Assembly: GCA_044892505.1 (NCBI GenBank)
Contig: CM097882.1
Span: forward strand, 204,042,001 to 204,106,000
Direction of reading: 5' to 3'
Source of the DNA: Schmidtea nova
Taxonomy: Eukaryota
DNA length: 64,000 nucleotides
Shown: one piece after another, positions 48,990 through 61,386 of the stretch
Layout of the letters: each line of letters opens with the position of its first letter
How positions within the stretch are numbered: position 1 is the first letter of the stretch
Program-made: the position numbers and the translations under genes
The notes under the pieces: generated by a model
Databases searched by the model: none
Told to the model about the DNA's origin: nothing
Seen by the model: the letters and a program-made list of their open reading frames with translations, nothing else

Positions 48990-50740
48990 ATTTAAAAATA
49001 TTCAAAATGCATGCATAATGTTGAACAAGAAATTAAAATCAAATAATTAATTTTGCTTTGCAATAATAAAATATCCCTGTAAAAATAATAATAATTCATC
49101 CAAAATGTTATATAAAAAATCTCCGATTCTACGCTAGTAAATAGTATTGATAAGTGGTAATTGTATATTAATTGTAAATACTTCCCCATTTTGTTTTCAG
49201 TTTCTAAATAACTTATTTCTTGTCGTATGGCTTTTTTATTTATAAATGTTTGCTTCATTTTCCCTAACATTAATTATTTGTTTTAAAATTTCCAGTCCCA
49301 GTTTATCTTTTAACAAAAGTTCCGGTTCTGCTTCTTGATCCGAACCTACACACAACGTTTTATTACCTTAATTTCCAATTACGGATATATCTGAAGGCTG
49401 TAGTTGTTGCAGGTTATCACGAAAGAGGCGTTTCAATAACTTAATTATTTTTATGACTTTTTATTATTGTTTGAAATTTTGATATCAGTATAGTTTCGTT
49501 TTTCATTTGGGTAGTTGCTGCAATTTTGTAAAAATTGTAAAACACTGGTTAATTCAGTTTGCCTTTCAAATATACGATTTTCTAAATGTCTTTTCAAATC
49601 ATCACTTAATTTGTTATTTTGTTTCTTAGGTTCTTTTAACATAAATCTATCGCAGTATCTGCATTAAAAAGATTAGAAGAACGGTGGTGGTGCATGGCCG
49701 TTCTTAGTTCGTGGATCGATTTGTCAGGTTAATTCCGTTAACGGACGAGACTCTGACTTGCTAAATAGTCAATTTATATAACTCGTTGTAAATTGTCACT
49801 TAGAAGAATAAATAGCGTTCAGGTATATGAAATTGAGGAATAACAGGTCTGTGATGTCCTTAGATGTCCGGGGCCGCACGCGCGCTACAATGGCAGTACT
49901 AACAAGTTTTCTAGCTAGAAATAGTTGGGTAATCTCTTGAATCACTGTCGTATCAGGGATTGTGATTTGTAATTATATCACATGAACGAGGAATTCCTAG
50001 TAAGCGCAAGTCACTAGCTTGCGCTGATTACGTCCCTGCCCTTTGTACAAACCGCCCGTCGCTACTACCGATTGAATGAATCTTGCCGAAACCATGCTTC
50101 TGCGGATAATTTAATTGAAAGTAGAGCTGCAATAATTATTGTTACCAAAGAAAAATCAGTTTCTGAAAAATGTATCTCATCATTTAGAGAAATATCAATG
50201 AGTGCTTTTTAATGCAGTTTTTTAATTGATAAAATCATTCTAGCATTGAGAGCGAACTTTTACACTGCGTTTTGATGTCTAATTTCAAAGATAACTTCTT
50301 TCCAAACTCTTCCTTCACATATTTTTGTAGGGCTTTTTTGTCAGTGAACGACGATATATCTTTATCACTTTTCTTATTTTTTTCAATAATTAAATCAACA
50401 TTTGGATGATTAGTTATCAAATAATCACTAGGAACTATTTCATCTAGGATAGGTGTTAGTTCATTTTCAAAATCAGATTCCTTCACATGCATCAGTAAAG
50501 GCTTCGTCACAGTTATCTTTTTAGTTTTTTCTACAAATTTTTCTTTCTCTCAGCTAGTAGTGAGCCATGCACAAGAGCTAACTCCAGATTCCAAAAATCT
50601 TTGAAGTTGAATAAACATTAACATTTAAATGTCGTCTATTTTTAATGGATGCCCGTCCATTCATCAAATATAAGATTGAAACTCTAACCTTTAAGTATTC
50701 TAGGCGAAGATTCTTCAGTAATCTTACCACTAATCTCTAA
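48990..50740 (-). pseudogene. Decayed hAT transposase in PANK4 intron (same broad family as 6405-24563)
   Basis: Fragments FDEWT..NRRHLNVNV, KLSLKLDIKTQCKSSLSMLE, RQD/NLFNADTAIDFML...LENRIFERQ, GKYLQLIYNYHLSILFTSVESE. Confidence 0.75.
49677..50079 (+). rRNA. 18S rRNA 3'-half fragment (403 bp; pseudogenic insert)
   Basis: ggtggtggtgcatggccgttcttagtt, aataacaggtctgtgatg, gattacgtccctgccctttgtac(a)aaccgcccgtcgc; truncated at both ends inside a transposase remnant. Confidence 0.95.
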
Positions 50741-51465
50741 TATAATCCATAACTATTTTTATAGAGTTTTCAGATGTTGGTGTATTTGGAAAACCAATTA
50801 TACTTGAAATTAATCATTTACTTATATCAATAGGCTGAGTTAATAATATTTAAAAGCAGCCTACCTCATGCTGTAATACGAGTTAAAATTAGAGACAAAG
50901 TCTCAATATTTTGAACGTTGAAATTATTTGTAATTTATCTTTACAAGTCAAAACCGGTAACAAATTTATTGATGTGTTTTGCTCAATGTCGATATTCCGG
51001 TATTCCGGTATTGCAGCCCCTAGTTGTAATGTGATATTTGATGCGATTTCTAATGACAAACGCAATTTGAGCGCAAGGGAGAAGTTACGAATACCTGATA
51101 TATTTTCCAATAGATTATCGTGTTTTGGCAATCACATTTAGAAATTTAATAGGTTGAAATATAACTTAGTAATGTCAGTATAAAATATCGTCTAAGATAA
51201 TTTTTTTAACTGATGTCACTTAGTAGTCCGACTATTATATTGTAAAATTTAAAAATGAGAAAGTTGAAAGTAATGCATTGCTGAATAAATATAATATCCA
51301 TTAAATCAATAATTAACTGTGTTTTTACTGTGGTTCTTGGCTCAAGGTTCACATATCTTGTAATTTATAGTTCACTGTATACTTTTTTATATAATTTCAC
51401 AAAAATCTGACTGGGTATTTAAAATTGATCAAATATTTAATCTTAGTAAAAAAAATTTCATTTAG

Positions 51466-51749
51466 AAAATTAAATGTAATTATTGATAAAGAAGATGAAA
51501 TGGAATCCTTAACTAGAGGATGCATATTCCTGTTGAAAAATATTGCAGATGAAGTATTCTATTTTGAAGAGAAAAGTGGACCGAACTTTTCATCCATTTG
51601 TTTGATGAATCCTTTTCCGTTTTTATTAGTTAATATTGGTTCCGGAATCAGTATTCTTAAAGTGGAAAGTGAACAATTATTTACTAGAGTCGGAGGAACG
51701 TCTATAGGAGGTGGAACCTTTTGGGGAATAGGTTGTCTTATTGCTAAAG
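51466..51749 (+). CDS. PANK4: PANK4-like exon
   Basis: tttag acceptor in phase 2; DKEDEMESLTRGCIFLL, FPFLLVNIGSGISILKV, RVGGTSIGGGTFWG; GT at 51750 (phase 1). Confidence 0.92.
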
Positions 51750-53646
51750 GTTTGTTTTATTTGTAGGTTTACATTATTATTTGAATTTATATTAAAATAA
51801 TAATAAATATTATATTAAAAGTATTTTTATTAAATATAAAATAATATCAATTAATTTTTAATGTTAACTTTTTCAACATTTTTCAAGACTCGCTTTAAAA
51901 TAATTAATAATTTTCAGTAATTGTTAATATATACAGAAATTTTCAATAGAATGAAAAGAAAACAATCGAATTGATACCTGTTTGTATATATTTTAAATTA
52001 ATTTTTTAAGTTAAATTCTTGCATCATCCAGACAGTTTGAAGTTGGAAAATTTAATTTTTGGTGAAACATAATCATAAATGCAAGAGAAATTTATGTAAT
52101 TAAAATATTTGACAATAGTGAATGTTTCGGATAATTCTGGAATTGAGTTTATTCTCACCTACAATTAATCAGCTTATAGCTATCCATAAAGTACAACTAT
52201 TGTATACGCGAATTACATCTTTTGGAGCGAAACTCTGATTGCACTCTATCATCTGTCATATTATAAAAATTTTGAAAGACTGCACATATCCAATTACACA
52301 CACACACATTCACAGATAAACCTATCGAAAAAAAGCAAAAGAAAAAACTATTCATATTTCATTGTCAAAGGAATAACGCCCTAATTCTAACCATTTTAAA
52401 TAAACATTTAACCCTACACATACATCTACTCTCAGATAGTTATCACAACAAGCATGGCTAATTACATCATCACTCCGAGGATTCAACTGGATGTGTGTAT
52501 GATGCCACTTACGTTACAATTTCCAGTTTATACAAAGATTATACAAAAAGTATTGACTTCTTCCATAAAACTTCAAAAACATCAAGATGACTTTAAATAA
52601 TTGGCAAATTAGTGCCGTGTTCAGCAAAAAAAGGAAAAAGGACAAAAACTCTTTGTACAATGTGTGGCATTACTTTGCAAGATGTATTTTTTATCTTATC
52701 ATATATTATCATTTTGTAAGGAAGTTTATAAATATTTAATAAATATTTGATACAAATTCTTGTATTTTTTGTGTCACATATTTGTCCATTGATCGTTATC
52801 CAGTCTAAAATTTCGGAGACGATTATGCAAAACAATTAATATTTTAAATGTGGTGACTATGCATAGTTGTATGAACCATTGAGCAATATAAGCACTCACT
52901 TAGGGCATCAAGTGAAGGTGTTACCACAGAAATTTTCCATAGTCGAATTTACAATGAGCTATATAGTGCAGTATTGTAAATGAAGCAGCTGAACTAGGAT
53001 CCGCAAAAGGGGCCCCATATTAACAAGGCAAGCAGGATTAAGTATGGATGTAGATGTATTACATAAGATTAGTTTTGAGGGCCTGATCAAAGACTTTAAT
53101 AATAATATAAATTAAAAATAAAAATTATTTTCCATCTAACTGTACATTTTGTTTCATTTCGATATTTTGAATTACATAAATATTTCGGGTACACCGAAAT
53201 CGTTTAAATGATTAAAGCCTCTTAAGGTATTAATCCGGTTTTATGTCTATTGGTCACTTAAAGTTCAAAAGTACAAATAAATTAAAAAAAACAATAAAAG
53301 TCCTGTCGAAGTGGTTTAAATAACATTTGTTTAATAAAGATGTGAATTAAATAAACAATAATATACGATATTGTACCGTATTGTACCGTAATTTAAAAAA
53401 AAGTTCTACGATTACTCTATTTCGTTTAATTGTCTACGTCGCGCATCTGTTTAGCCAATAAATTTAAATAAAATATCAAAAGCTATTTTTGATGTAACTA
53501 GTAAGTTACTATAAAGCGGTAGTTATTAATATGAATACTGTAACTTATGTCAAGTGTTCTATTGTGCTCTCAGTGACCAATAATTGTCCGATTTTGAATA
53601 GAACTTAAAAATCATAACAAGCATAAGAACTCACTTGAGGAAAAAG

Positions 53647-54253
53647 CAGTGCCGGTTGTGGGTTTTGCGGGGCCTTGAGAAAATATTATATGTGGGGCCC
53701 CTTCCCAAAAAAAGAAGAAATGATAAATGAACATAATTTTTTATTTGCATTTATTATTTGAATTGATATTTTATTGAAAAGGCCCTGCACCTTTGTAGAC
53801 ATCGCGCTTTGATCCGAAGCCATCTGTTATTTAAAGTCTTTTCATTACTTTTTGTGTCTATAGTTCCTTATAAATTAAGAATGCTATTACAATACATTAT
53901 TTTTTTATATATTTTGTTTTTCCACTTTATATTGTGAAAAAATGTCCTTTCTTTATAGCTGAGAATTCAATAGTGGAATTCAATTGTTCAATGTTTAAAA
54001 TTATTTTTTTGTATACGAGTATAATACGCACCCTTATTTTTGCTGACTAAAATGTAAAAAAGTGCATTTTATAGTCAAGATTTTACGGATCATCGATATT
54101 AAAAATGCAGGGAAAGACCTCCATTAACATCCGACTTATAAAAAACGTTGCATTTGGTGTCAAAAATTTGCTTAGCTGCTAATAACTGTTAGAATATGAA
54201 AACGTGGGGCCTCGGGAAAAATCCCCGAAGTCCCGACCTCTGAACCGGTCCTG
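53647..54253. mobile_element. hAT-type MITE
   Basis: TIRs CAGTGCCGGTT / AACCGGTCCTG; exact 8-bp TSD GGAAAAAG (53639-53646, 54254-54261); ggggcc subterminal motifs. Confidence 0.88.
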
Positions 54254-56774
54254 GGAAAAAGTGACACTCAGTTAATAAGTTATTTAAGCTTTTCAACCTA
54301 TAGTAAATCATATTTTTGGCGTCATATCACAACATTTTTTAATCCTCAATTAATCAATTAGTAAAAAGTAACACCCCACAAAACTAATTTCGAGTTCAAA
54401 TTTGAAATTTTGAAAAATACACATGTCCGAAAAATTATGCATTTTGGCTTTAGGCGCGGTTTCTGAATATTCCTGATACACACAAAAATCCAAGTAACAG
54501 ATAAAATTAATTTTAATTTATACTAAAACTTTTCCCAGCAAAGTAATTTGTAAAAAATCTTGGATCAGGTAATAAAAGCCCTGAAACTTTTATTTTTACC
54601 TGTATTTTAATTCGACCCTGAATCTAGAGTTTTCATCCAGTAGCAGAACCTTGTGATGGTTTTTATCTGCAAAAGCTTCATATTATATTTTCACTTATAT
54701 ACCAGTATTGTTACATTTTCATGAATTTNNNNNNNNNNNNNNNNNNNNNNNNNNNNNNNNNNNNNNNNNNNNNNNNNNNNNNNNNNNNNNNNNNNNNNNN
54801 NNNNNNNNNNNNNNNNNNNNNNNNNNNNNNNNNNNNNNNNNNNNNNNNNNNNNNNNNNNNNNNNNNNNNNNNNNNNNNNNNNNNNNNNNNNNNNNNNNNN
54901 NNNNNNNNNNNNNNNNTTTTTAGCACTTTTTTTTTTATTTTATCCTTATTTTATTTTCTGGGGCTTTTTTACCTAATCCAAAAACTTATCTGAAAACTCT
55001 TAAAACATTAAATATCTAGCCTTACTTGCCATATAATATCTTACTTGAAATGTTTCATAAAATTTCCAAATGAATATCGAAAATTATATTTATTAAGTTT
55101 AAAGTTCATATGATAAAATATTTTCACTTAAATAATCTTTATATAATATACTATCAAATTTCGATCACCATTAGTATTATAATTAACTTATAAACTTTAG
55201 GTTACTATAAACTAATATAAAAATTTGTAAAAAACTTCATTTGACTAAAATTAAGTATAAATAAAGTCGATTTTTGTTATAGTTTGAAAATATTGTAGCG
55301 TCAGTTTCTTTCATCGACTTTATGTCTAAATGATACGGTCATGGGCATTCACAAAAGTGTCATTTGTTATTAAAATGATAGTCAACGTTCCTTTTAATTT
55401 CGAGATGAAATACACGACCAACATGTTATCATCTACATTATTTGTTTACATTACTAATATGTCCTGTATGTTTGCTGAATAGTCTATAACGATATACAAC
55501 AGAGTTTCGTTTTACATCTATTCGTTTTGCTTCGTTTTTACTAGTTAAAATTTCTAATTAAATTTTTATCCTGGTAACTTATCGGCTTTACGATAATACA
55601 GTTTTTTGCTTAATTGCTATTTATTCAAGTTCTAATTTATAAAATCATATTCCGGGGAACTATATTGCGATTTTTATTGGATATAATTTTTCTTGAATAT
55701 TAATCGCTTATAATCTGAGCAAATTAATCGTCTTTCGGATGTAATTAGATAATTTCTATAAACATTTCTATTATTTCACTTATATTGAACATAGTGGACA
55801 ATATTTTAAATTATTCGCTACGTTTCGAAATTAAGTTTGTTTTTTCTCTTGTTGAAACAAATAGCAACACAAAGCAAGATTCAGATGTACTTTAAATTAG
55901 CTTGACTATATAAATCATCTTAATTATTATTATCATCATACTTATCTTAATCATTTTTATTTATAACAAGTTTTATGACCCGGTTTAACAACCAGGCAGA
56001 TTCTTTATTCATTATAATTAATTTTACACAACTCTCAATTTCTTCCAAATCACAAACATTTCTCTCTTAACTGGAATATAATAAAATAGGTAGATGTATT
56101 ACTTGGCTTCGCCCTGGTTGAAATTCAAAAGGCAGACACTGTTATTTTGGCACTAACATTGGGTCATTTAGGTTATTTGGTGCTAACTAGTGTTGAAAGT
56201 AAAGCAATTTAATTCTAAATATTTATTAAATAAAAAATTCTGCTAGTTCTTATTTAATATTAAAATACATATTAATCATGAATTTATTAATTATAATATT
56301 TTATTGAAATTATAAATGCGATATGCCACTTCCCCCTCTGACGATCATTTATATCTTAGGTTTCTGTTTCTCGATTCTCTATTATATCTATTAATTATTT
56401 ATTCCTCGTTTCGTGATTCATTGACAGAATTTCTCTCCCTTATATCTGAGAGTCCCTTTTAATGCCTGTACTTACTGTTTCAGTCATATTTCTTCATTGC
56501 TGCTCTTCAGTAATGTTATTTGATTAAAATTTCTCCAACGTGTCTTTCTTAATTGCATGATATACAACAGATATGCCCATTTGTTTTTAATGTCAATTAC
56601 TATAAACAGCCCAATAAACATTCTGTCAAATGTCCCTGAATTCTTTATTCTCAATTATTACTCTATCATCGTTTCTTACTTCAAAGTTCGATATATATTT
56701 TTTTCTTATATTTTCTTTTCGTACTCTTTATTTTTACTCTCTCTATATTAACTTCGCGTTTGATTGATTGTGCC

Positions 56775-56912
56775 ATGCAAATCTTGCGACTGCAAACTAA
56801 CCCACTTCCTATGATAGGATCGAGCTGAAATTTGGCAAGTAGGTTCAATGCTGAGAACACTGCATGATATCAAAATTTCAGATTGATCCGATCACGGAAA
56901 GTGGGTTAATTT
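56775..56912. repeat. Short inverted-repeat element (MITE or Helentron-associated-like)
   Basis: taacccacttcc..gat.ggatc versus gatccgatcacggaaagtgggtta around ctgaaatttggc...aaatttcag. Confidence 0.45.
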
Positions 56913-57789
56913 AAAAAATATTGATATGTCAAATCTAAATTCTTATATTCATTAACTTCGAATTAAATAGATAACGTAATTATATCAAAAATATGTTATA
57001 TAAATTTGAATAAATATTTCAGCATTGAGAACGCATATTGAAATTTCAGTTTTGATTATTTATTTAAAAAACGTTTTGTGTTTAAAAATTATTAAAAAGT
57101 TGATAAATTTTTATTAAATAGTTAACACAAATAATTAAACATTTAATAAACAAATTAAAAATTTAATTATAATTTGATAACATATTTCCAGTATCCATTT
57201 TCTTTGATCCATGGATAAATTTTGAGAATTTCTTGTACTGACCATTTCAAATATTTCTGATGTTCAGTTGGACATAAAATGAGAATTTTTCTAATGTACA
57301 AAAAACTTGTAATAACTTTAGACTAACAGATAACATCTTCAAATAATGAATCAAAGACTTTTCTGAATGCTTTCTCCTTTTCTCTATCGTTTTCTAGAGT
57401 TAAAATTGGAGAGAAATCAATAGTATAATGATGCTCAGCTTCAAATAATATACAATTCAAACATTGAACTATTTTATCTTCGCTTCCAAAAAGCAATCCA
57501 TGAATAATTGTTGCTATATATTCTTCCATAAAAGAAAATAATACAAAATATTATGAAATACACAAATGTTTATGCATAACACTGATTGGTTGTTGTAACA
57601 TACTAACATAAATATGAATGGTTGATGGAATAAAATAGACAAATAAAAATACAGAAGTGTATGTATTTCAGAAAGTATGTATTTGCAAAATATATTTTTT
57701 TCATTATTTCAACTGACGATGAAGCAAACAATTGAGTAGCAGAGGAAGAAGATGAAGTTTAATGAAGAGACTATGAAGAAGGAAGAGGA

Positions 57790-58170
57790 GGTTTCAATCT
57801 TTAAACCAGAATATGTTTTCATAAATTCAAGACGGTCTTGTTAAAAAATCCAATAGATTATATGTTATTAAATCCTGTTCCCTTAGTGAAGAGTAATTAC
57901 AATTACTGGATCGAAGATTTTGAACTAGAAGATCGAGAGGTAATTAGAACGTCATTTAGTTGAATCAACAAACAGCTATTATTAGGTGAAGATGGTGCAT
58001 TTATCGGTCGTCCATCAATAAAACCTTTTGAAGAAAGTATCCAGATTTATTTCAAAGAAAACTTTAAATGGAATTTGGTCGTCCGTATTCAAGGTTACAA
58101 GATAGCTCCAAGCTCTGCCATTTTACCAGTTTGGAAGATTTTAAGTGGTAGAGTTAATAATAATTAGTTG
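57790..58170 (+). pseudogene. Decayed ORF of unknown, possibly viral, type
   Basis: ~110 codons with one TGA: KNPIDYMLLNPVPLV...GAFIGRPSIKPF...WNLVVRIQGYKIAPSSAILPVWKI. Confidence 0.4.
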
Positions 58171-58354
58171 TAATGTTATAATAATTAAAGTTTTTAAAAA
58201 GATATGTCTTTAATTTATTTTCTTAATATGTTTTAAAAATTACATAGAAACCAAAAGCATAACAACAAAATAATTAGTAATATTTCCATGTAATTTATTA
58301 CTATAATATTTGTTTTAACATATCAATTAAATAATAATAAGTTTATTTAATTTC

Positions 58355-58805
58355 ATAAATGTTAATATTAATTATAGAGGACGAGTTCCTATGAAAGTTG
58401 TACAAAACATGAGATTTCCAAGATTGAAACCCCAACAGATTATAGATAAAAATGAAAAATATACAATTAAATTTTTAAAATCTGGTAAATGTAGAATAAT
58501 AAGTTAAAAGAATCCCCTTGAAAGTATACATTATGATATTAAAGATATTTGTCTTCAATTATGTACAGTTAATGTGGATATTGGAGAAAAATTTAATTTA
58601 CATTATCTGTCAAAGAAAATCAAATGCATATATTAACCAGAAATATTTCCTGCTTTAAGACTTTGTAATTATAAACAATTATGTATAAATTTATTTTCCA
58701 GTAGAAAAATAGTTATACTTGGTATAAAAACTCTCAACTTTAATTGGATGGTAAATAAAATTTTTCAAGATATAACAGATTTGATTAGTTCCCCAAAACT
58801 ATAAA
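58355..58805 (+). pseudogene. Intronless divergent TATA-binding-protein-like gene with two in-frame stops
   Basis: TIKFLKSGKCRII and Y*PEIFPALRL...CINLFSSRKIVILGIK echo the two TBP repeat motifs (F.SGK, YEPELFPGL..IF.SGK.V..G.K). Confidence 0.7.
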
Positions 58806-58819
58806 TATTTTCATTGCAT

Positions 58820-59010
58820 TTTTCCAATACAATTTACTCCGCTTCCATTTAAGCGTCTAACTTTGGTGTTGCTCCCATAATCTTTAATGGCACCGTTTTG
58901 GTAATTTAAAAGCCCACATAATTGTTCGCCGATGACATTTAAATCTGCTCCTCTATCGTACAAAACTTTTACTTCATGATTTCCTATTGAATATTCTGCA
59001 ATAGATTTGA
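58820..59010 (-). pseudogene. Retroviral-type aspartic protease fragment
   Basis: IGNHEVKVLYDRGADLNVIGEQL...VRRLNGSGVNCIGK. Confidence 0.55.
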
Positions 59011-59422
59011 TTTTTGCTTTTTATTCCTTTTTTTTGATATTAAAGTGTCTTTGTATGTATAGAGTTGTTTCATCGATTTTGAGGCTTTATCTTAAATAAA
59101 ATTGTCATATTTTTTAGAAATTTTCAAAATTCCTCTATAACTTTAATTTAAAAATTTACCATTTTGTAAAATAATTTAATAAAATTTAGTTACTTTTGAT
59201 TTTTCGAGCTATTCTATAAATGCTTATATGAATTTATTTTATAAAACTTCTATTTGTTATTTAAAAATTTTTGTAGCGTGCTTTCCTTTTTTTCGAATAC
59301 CTTATACCAATATTTAGCACTAGATAAGGCTTAAAATCGTAGAATAGCAGAATATTTATTGGTTAATTGTTCTGAAGATTATTTTTACTAAGGTCAATTT
59401 ACAAATTGTTGAAACGTTTTAG

Positions 59423-59630
59423 GAAAATCATTTGATGAATTATTGGCCATGGCAAGTCGTGGAAATTACATGAATGTTGATATGCTTGTTAAAGATATTT
59501 ACGGTGGTCACAATGAAATATTGAATTTACCCGATAATTTGATCGCAAGTTCGTTTGCTTTTGCGGCAAAATCAGGAGAACATTATACAAAGGAAGATGC
59601 AATGAGCTCGCTTTTATTAACCATTAGCAA
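59423..59630 (+). CDS. PANK4: PANK4-like exon; gene continues, next exon not found in window
   Basis: ttttag acceptor in phase 1; GKSFDELLAMASRGNYMNVDMLVKDIYGG...LIASSFA...EDAMSSLLLTIS; GT at 59631. Confidence 0.92.
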
Positions 59631-60013
59631 GTAATAAATTGTTTTATTTATATTTTTCTAAAATTATCACTAAACTAGATATTTGTAAAGTCTTGAATGA
59701 ATTAGTAATATTTAAAAATGAACATATTTTTTTTCTAAAATACTATTCCATTAAGTTAGTTTTTCATGAATTTATTCCGGTGCTTCACACTATAGCTTTT
59801 TTAAAATTCTCACATCGAGATTTTGACGGAATATTTCCTAGATTAGTTTAAAAATTACATTTTATTATAGTATAAATCAAAAAAAAAAGAAAATATTCAT
59901 CTGAGGAATTTAAGTTTTAGTTCTTTAATTGAAAACTAAATTTCAAATTATAACGTTAATTTAAAATATTACGTGACTTGAAATATTGAGGTTGATATCT
60001 AAATCGAGTAATA

Positions 60014-61386
60014 TTAGGTTGTCCTGAATGAAATGTCCAAATAATATATAATAATTTTAAATCATCATAACTTTTTTATATAAAACGTAATTCTTTATTA
60101 TAAAGTTCATTAGAAAGCGCTTATTTCAAATTCAAACATAAAGTAAGATTTATAATATTTAATTATTATAAATTTCATTTCAAATAGAAATGTTCAAACT
60201 AGAAAATCATAATTTGAGACTTTTTTATTTATATGAGTGGAATTCGAAGAACAATTCAGTTGAGGCAGAGAGGAATATTAATAATGCTTTTGGGAGCGAT
60301 ACAGAAAGAACTATTAGGCGTTGGTTTGAAAAATTTGATGACGGATAAATTGATATCGAAAATATACCTCACGGTAGACCTAATATCAAGCTGTCGGAGG
60401 AAGATTTAAGTGAAACTGTTGCTTAAAATTCAACAAAATTTGTTCGAGAACTTGCTATAAATCTATCTGTCTAAAAACAACCGTTCATGACAATTTATAG
60501 ACAATTGGTATAGTCAAAAAGCTTTAAAAATGAGTCCCACATGAATTGACTGAATTGCAGAAATTAAACAGATTACAAATTTGCTTATCTCTTCAAGCAC
60601 GGCATCGAAAGTCATCTTTTCTTAACAATATAATTACCTGTGATAACAAATGGATTCAATATGATAACCGTAAGCGGTCAGGAGAATGATTGGATAAACA
60701 CCAATGCCCAAATCAGTTTCCAAAACCGGAACTTCACCAAAAGAAAGTCATGCTCTCAGTCTGGTGGCCTAAGTATGGTGTAATAAATTATTGTTTTCTG
60801 AAAATGGGTACAACAATCAATTTTGAACAAAACTGTGTAGAACTAGACAAAATGCATGAAAAAACTCGCCATTAGTCACTGCAATTGTTAATAGAAAAGG
60901 GCCAATAATCCTGCATGATAACGCCAGGCCTCACGTATCGAAAGTCACTGTAAAAATCTACACGACTTAGGATTTGAGGTATTACCGCAATCACCTTAGT
61001 CACCCGATCTATAACCAACTGATTTTCAGTTATTTAGACATTTAAGTCTTTATATGAAGGGCAGGAAGTTCAAAGATTTGGAGGAGATAAAATCGACAGT
61101 TATCACTTTCTTGGACTTCAGACATGAGGCTTTTTTAAAGAAGGTATATAAAAACTGAGTCTAGGACATATCCTCCCGGACTCCCCCCCCCCCCCGACAT
61201 CTCCCCCAGTCACCCCCCGGACTTCCCCCATCAAGTGTAAGGGTAGATGTCACGATACCATAAAAACTCCCGCCACGATGACAAAAGTTTATTAATCTTG
61301 ATGGATCATATTTTGATTAAATAATATATGTGTACGTCTTTTGAATTATAATCCATTTAGCGAACATTTCATTCCGGACAACCTAA
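60014..61386 (+). mobile_element. Mariner (D,D34D) element, decayed
   Basis: TIRs TTAGGTTGTCC(T/G)GAATGAAATG; TA flanks; ERTIRRWFEKF, VPHELT, ITCDNKW, LHDNARPH, SPDL*PTDF, GSYFD* with many stops. Confidence 0.93.
61157..61259. mobile_element. 103-bp C-rich insertion with a 9-bp TSD (Mutator-like MITE?)
   Basis: ATAAAAACT duplicated at 61148-61156 and 61260-61268; mariner frame resumes after it. Confidence 0.6.

Noticed and set aside
49677-50079. Functional rDNA unit
   Set aside because: Truncated fragment with no ITS/5.8S/28S, embedded in a transposase remnant
58355-58805. Host TBP gene
   Set aside because: Two stops, no introns, far more divergent than cellular TBP, and nested in another gene's intron
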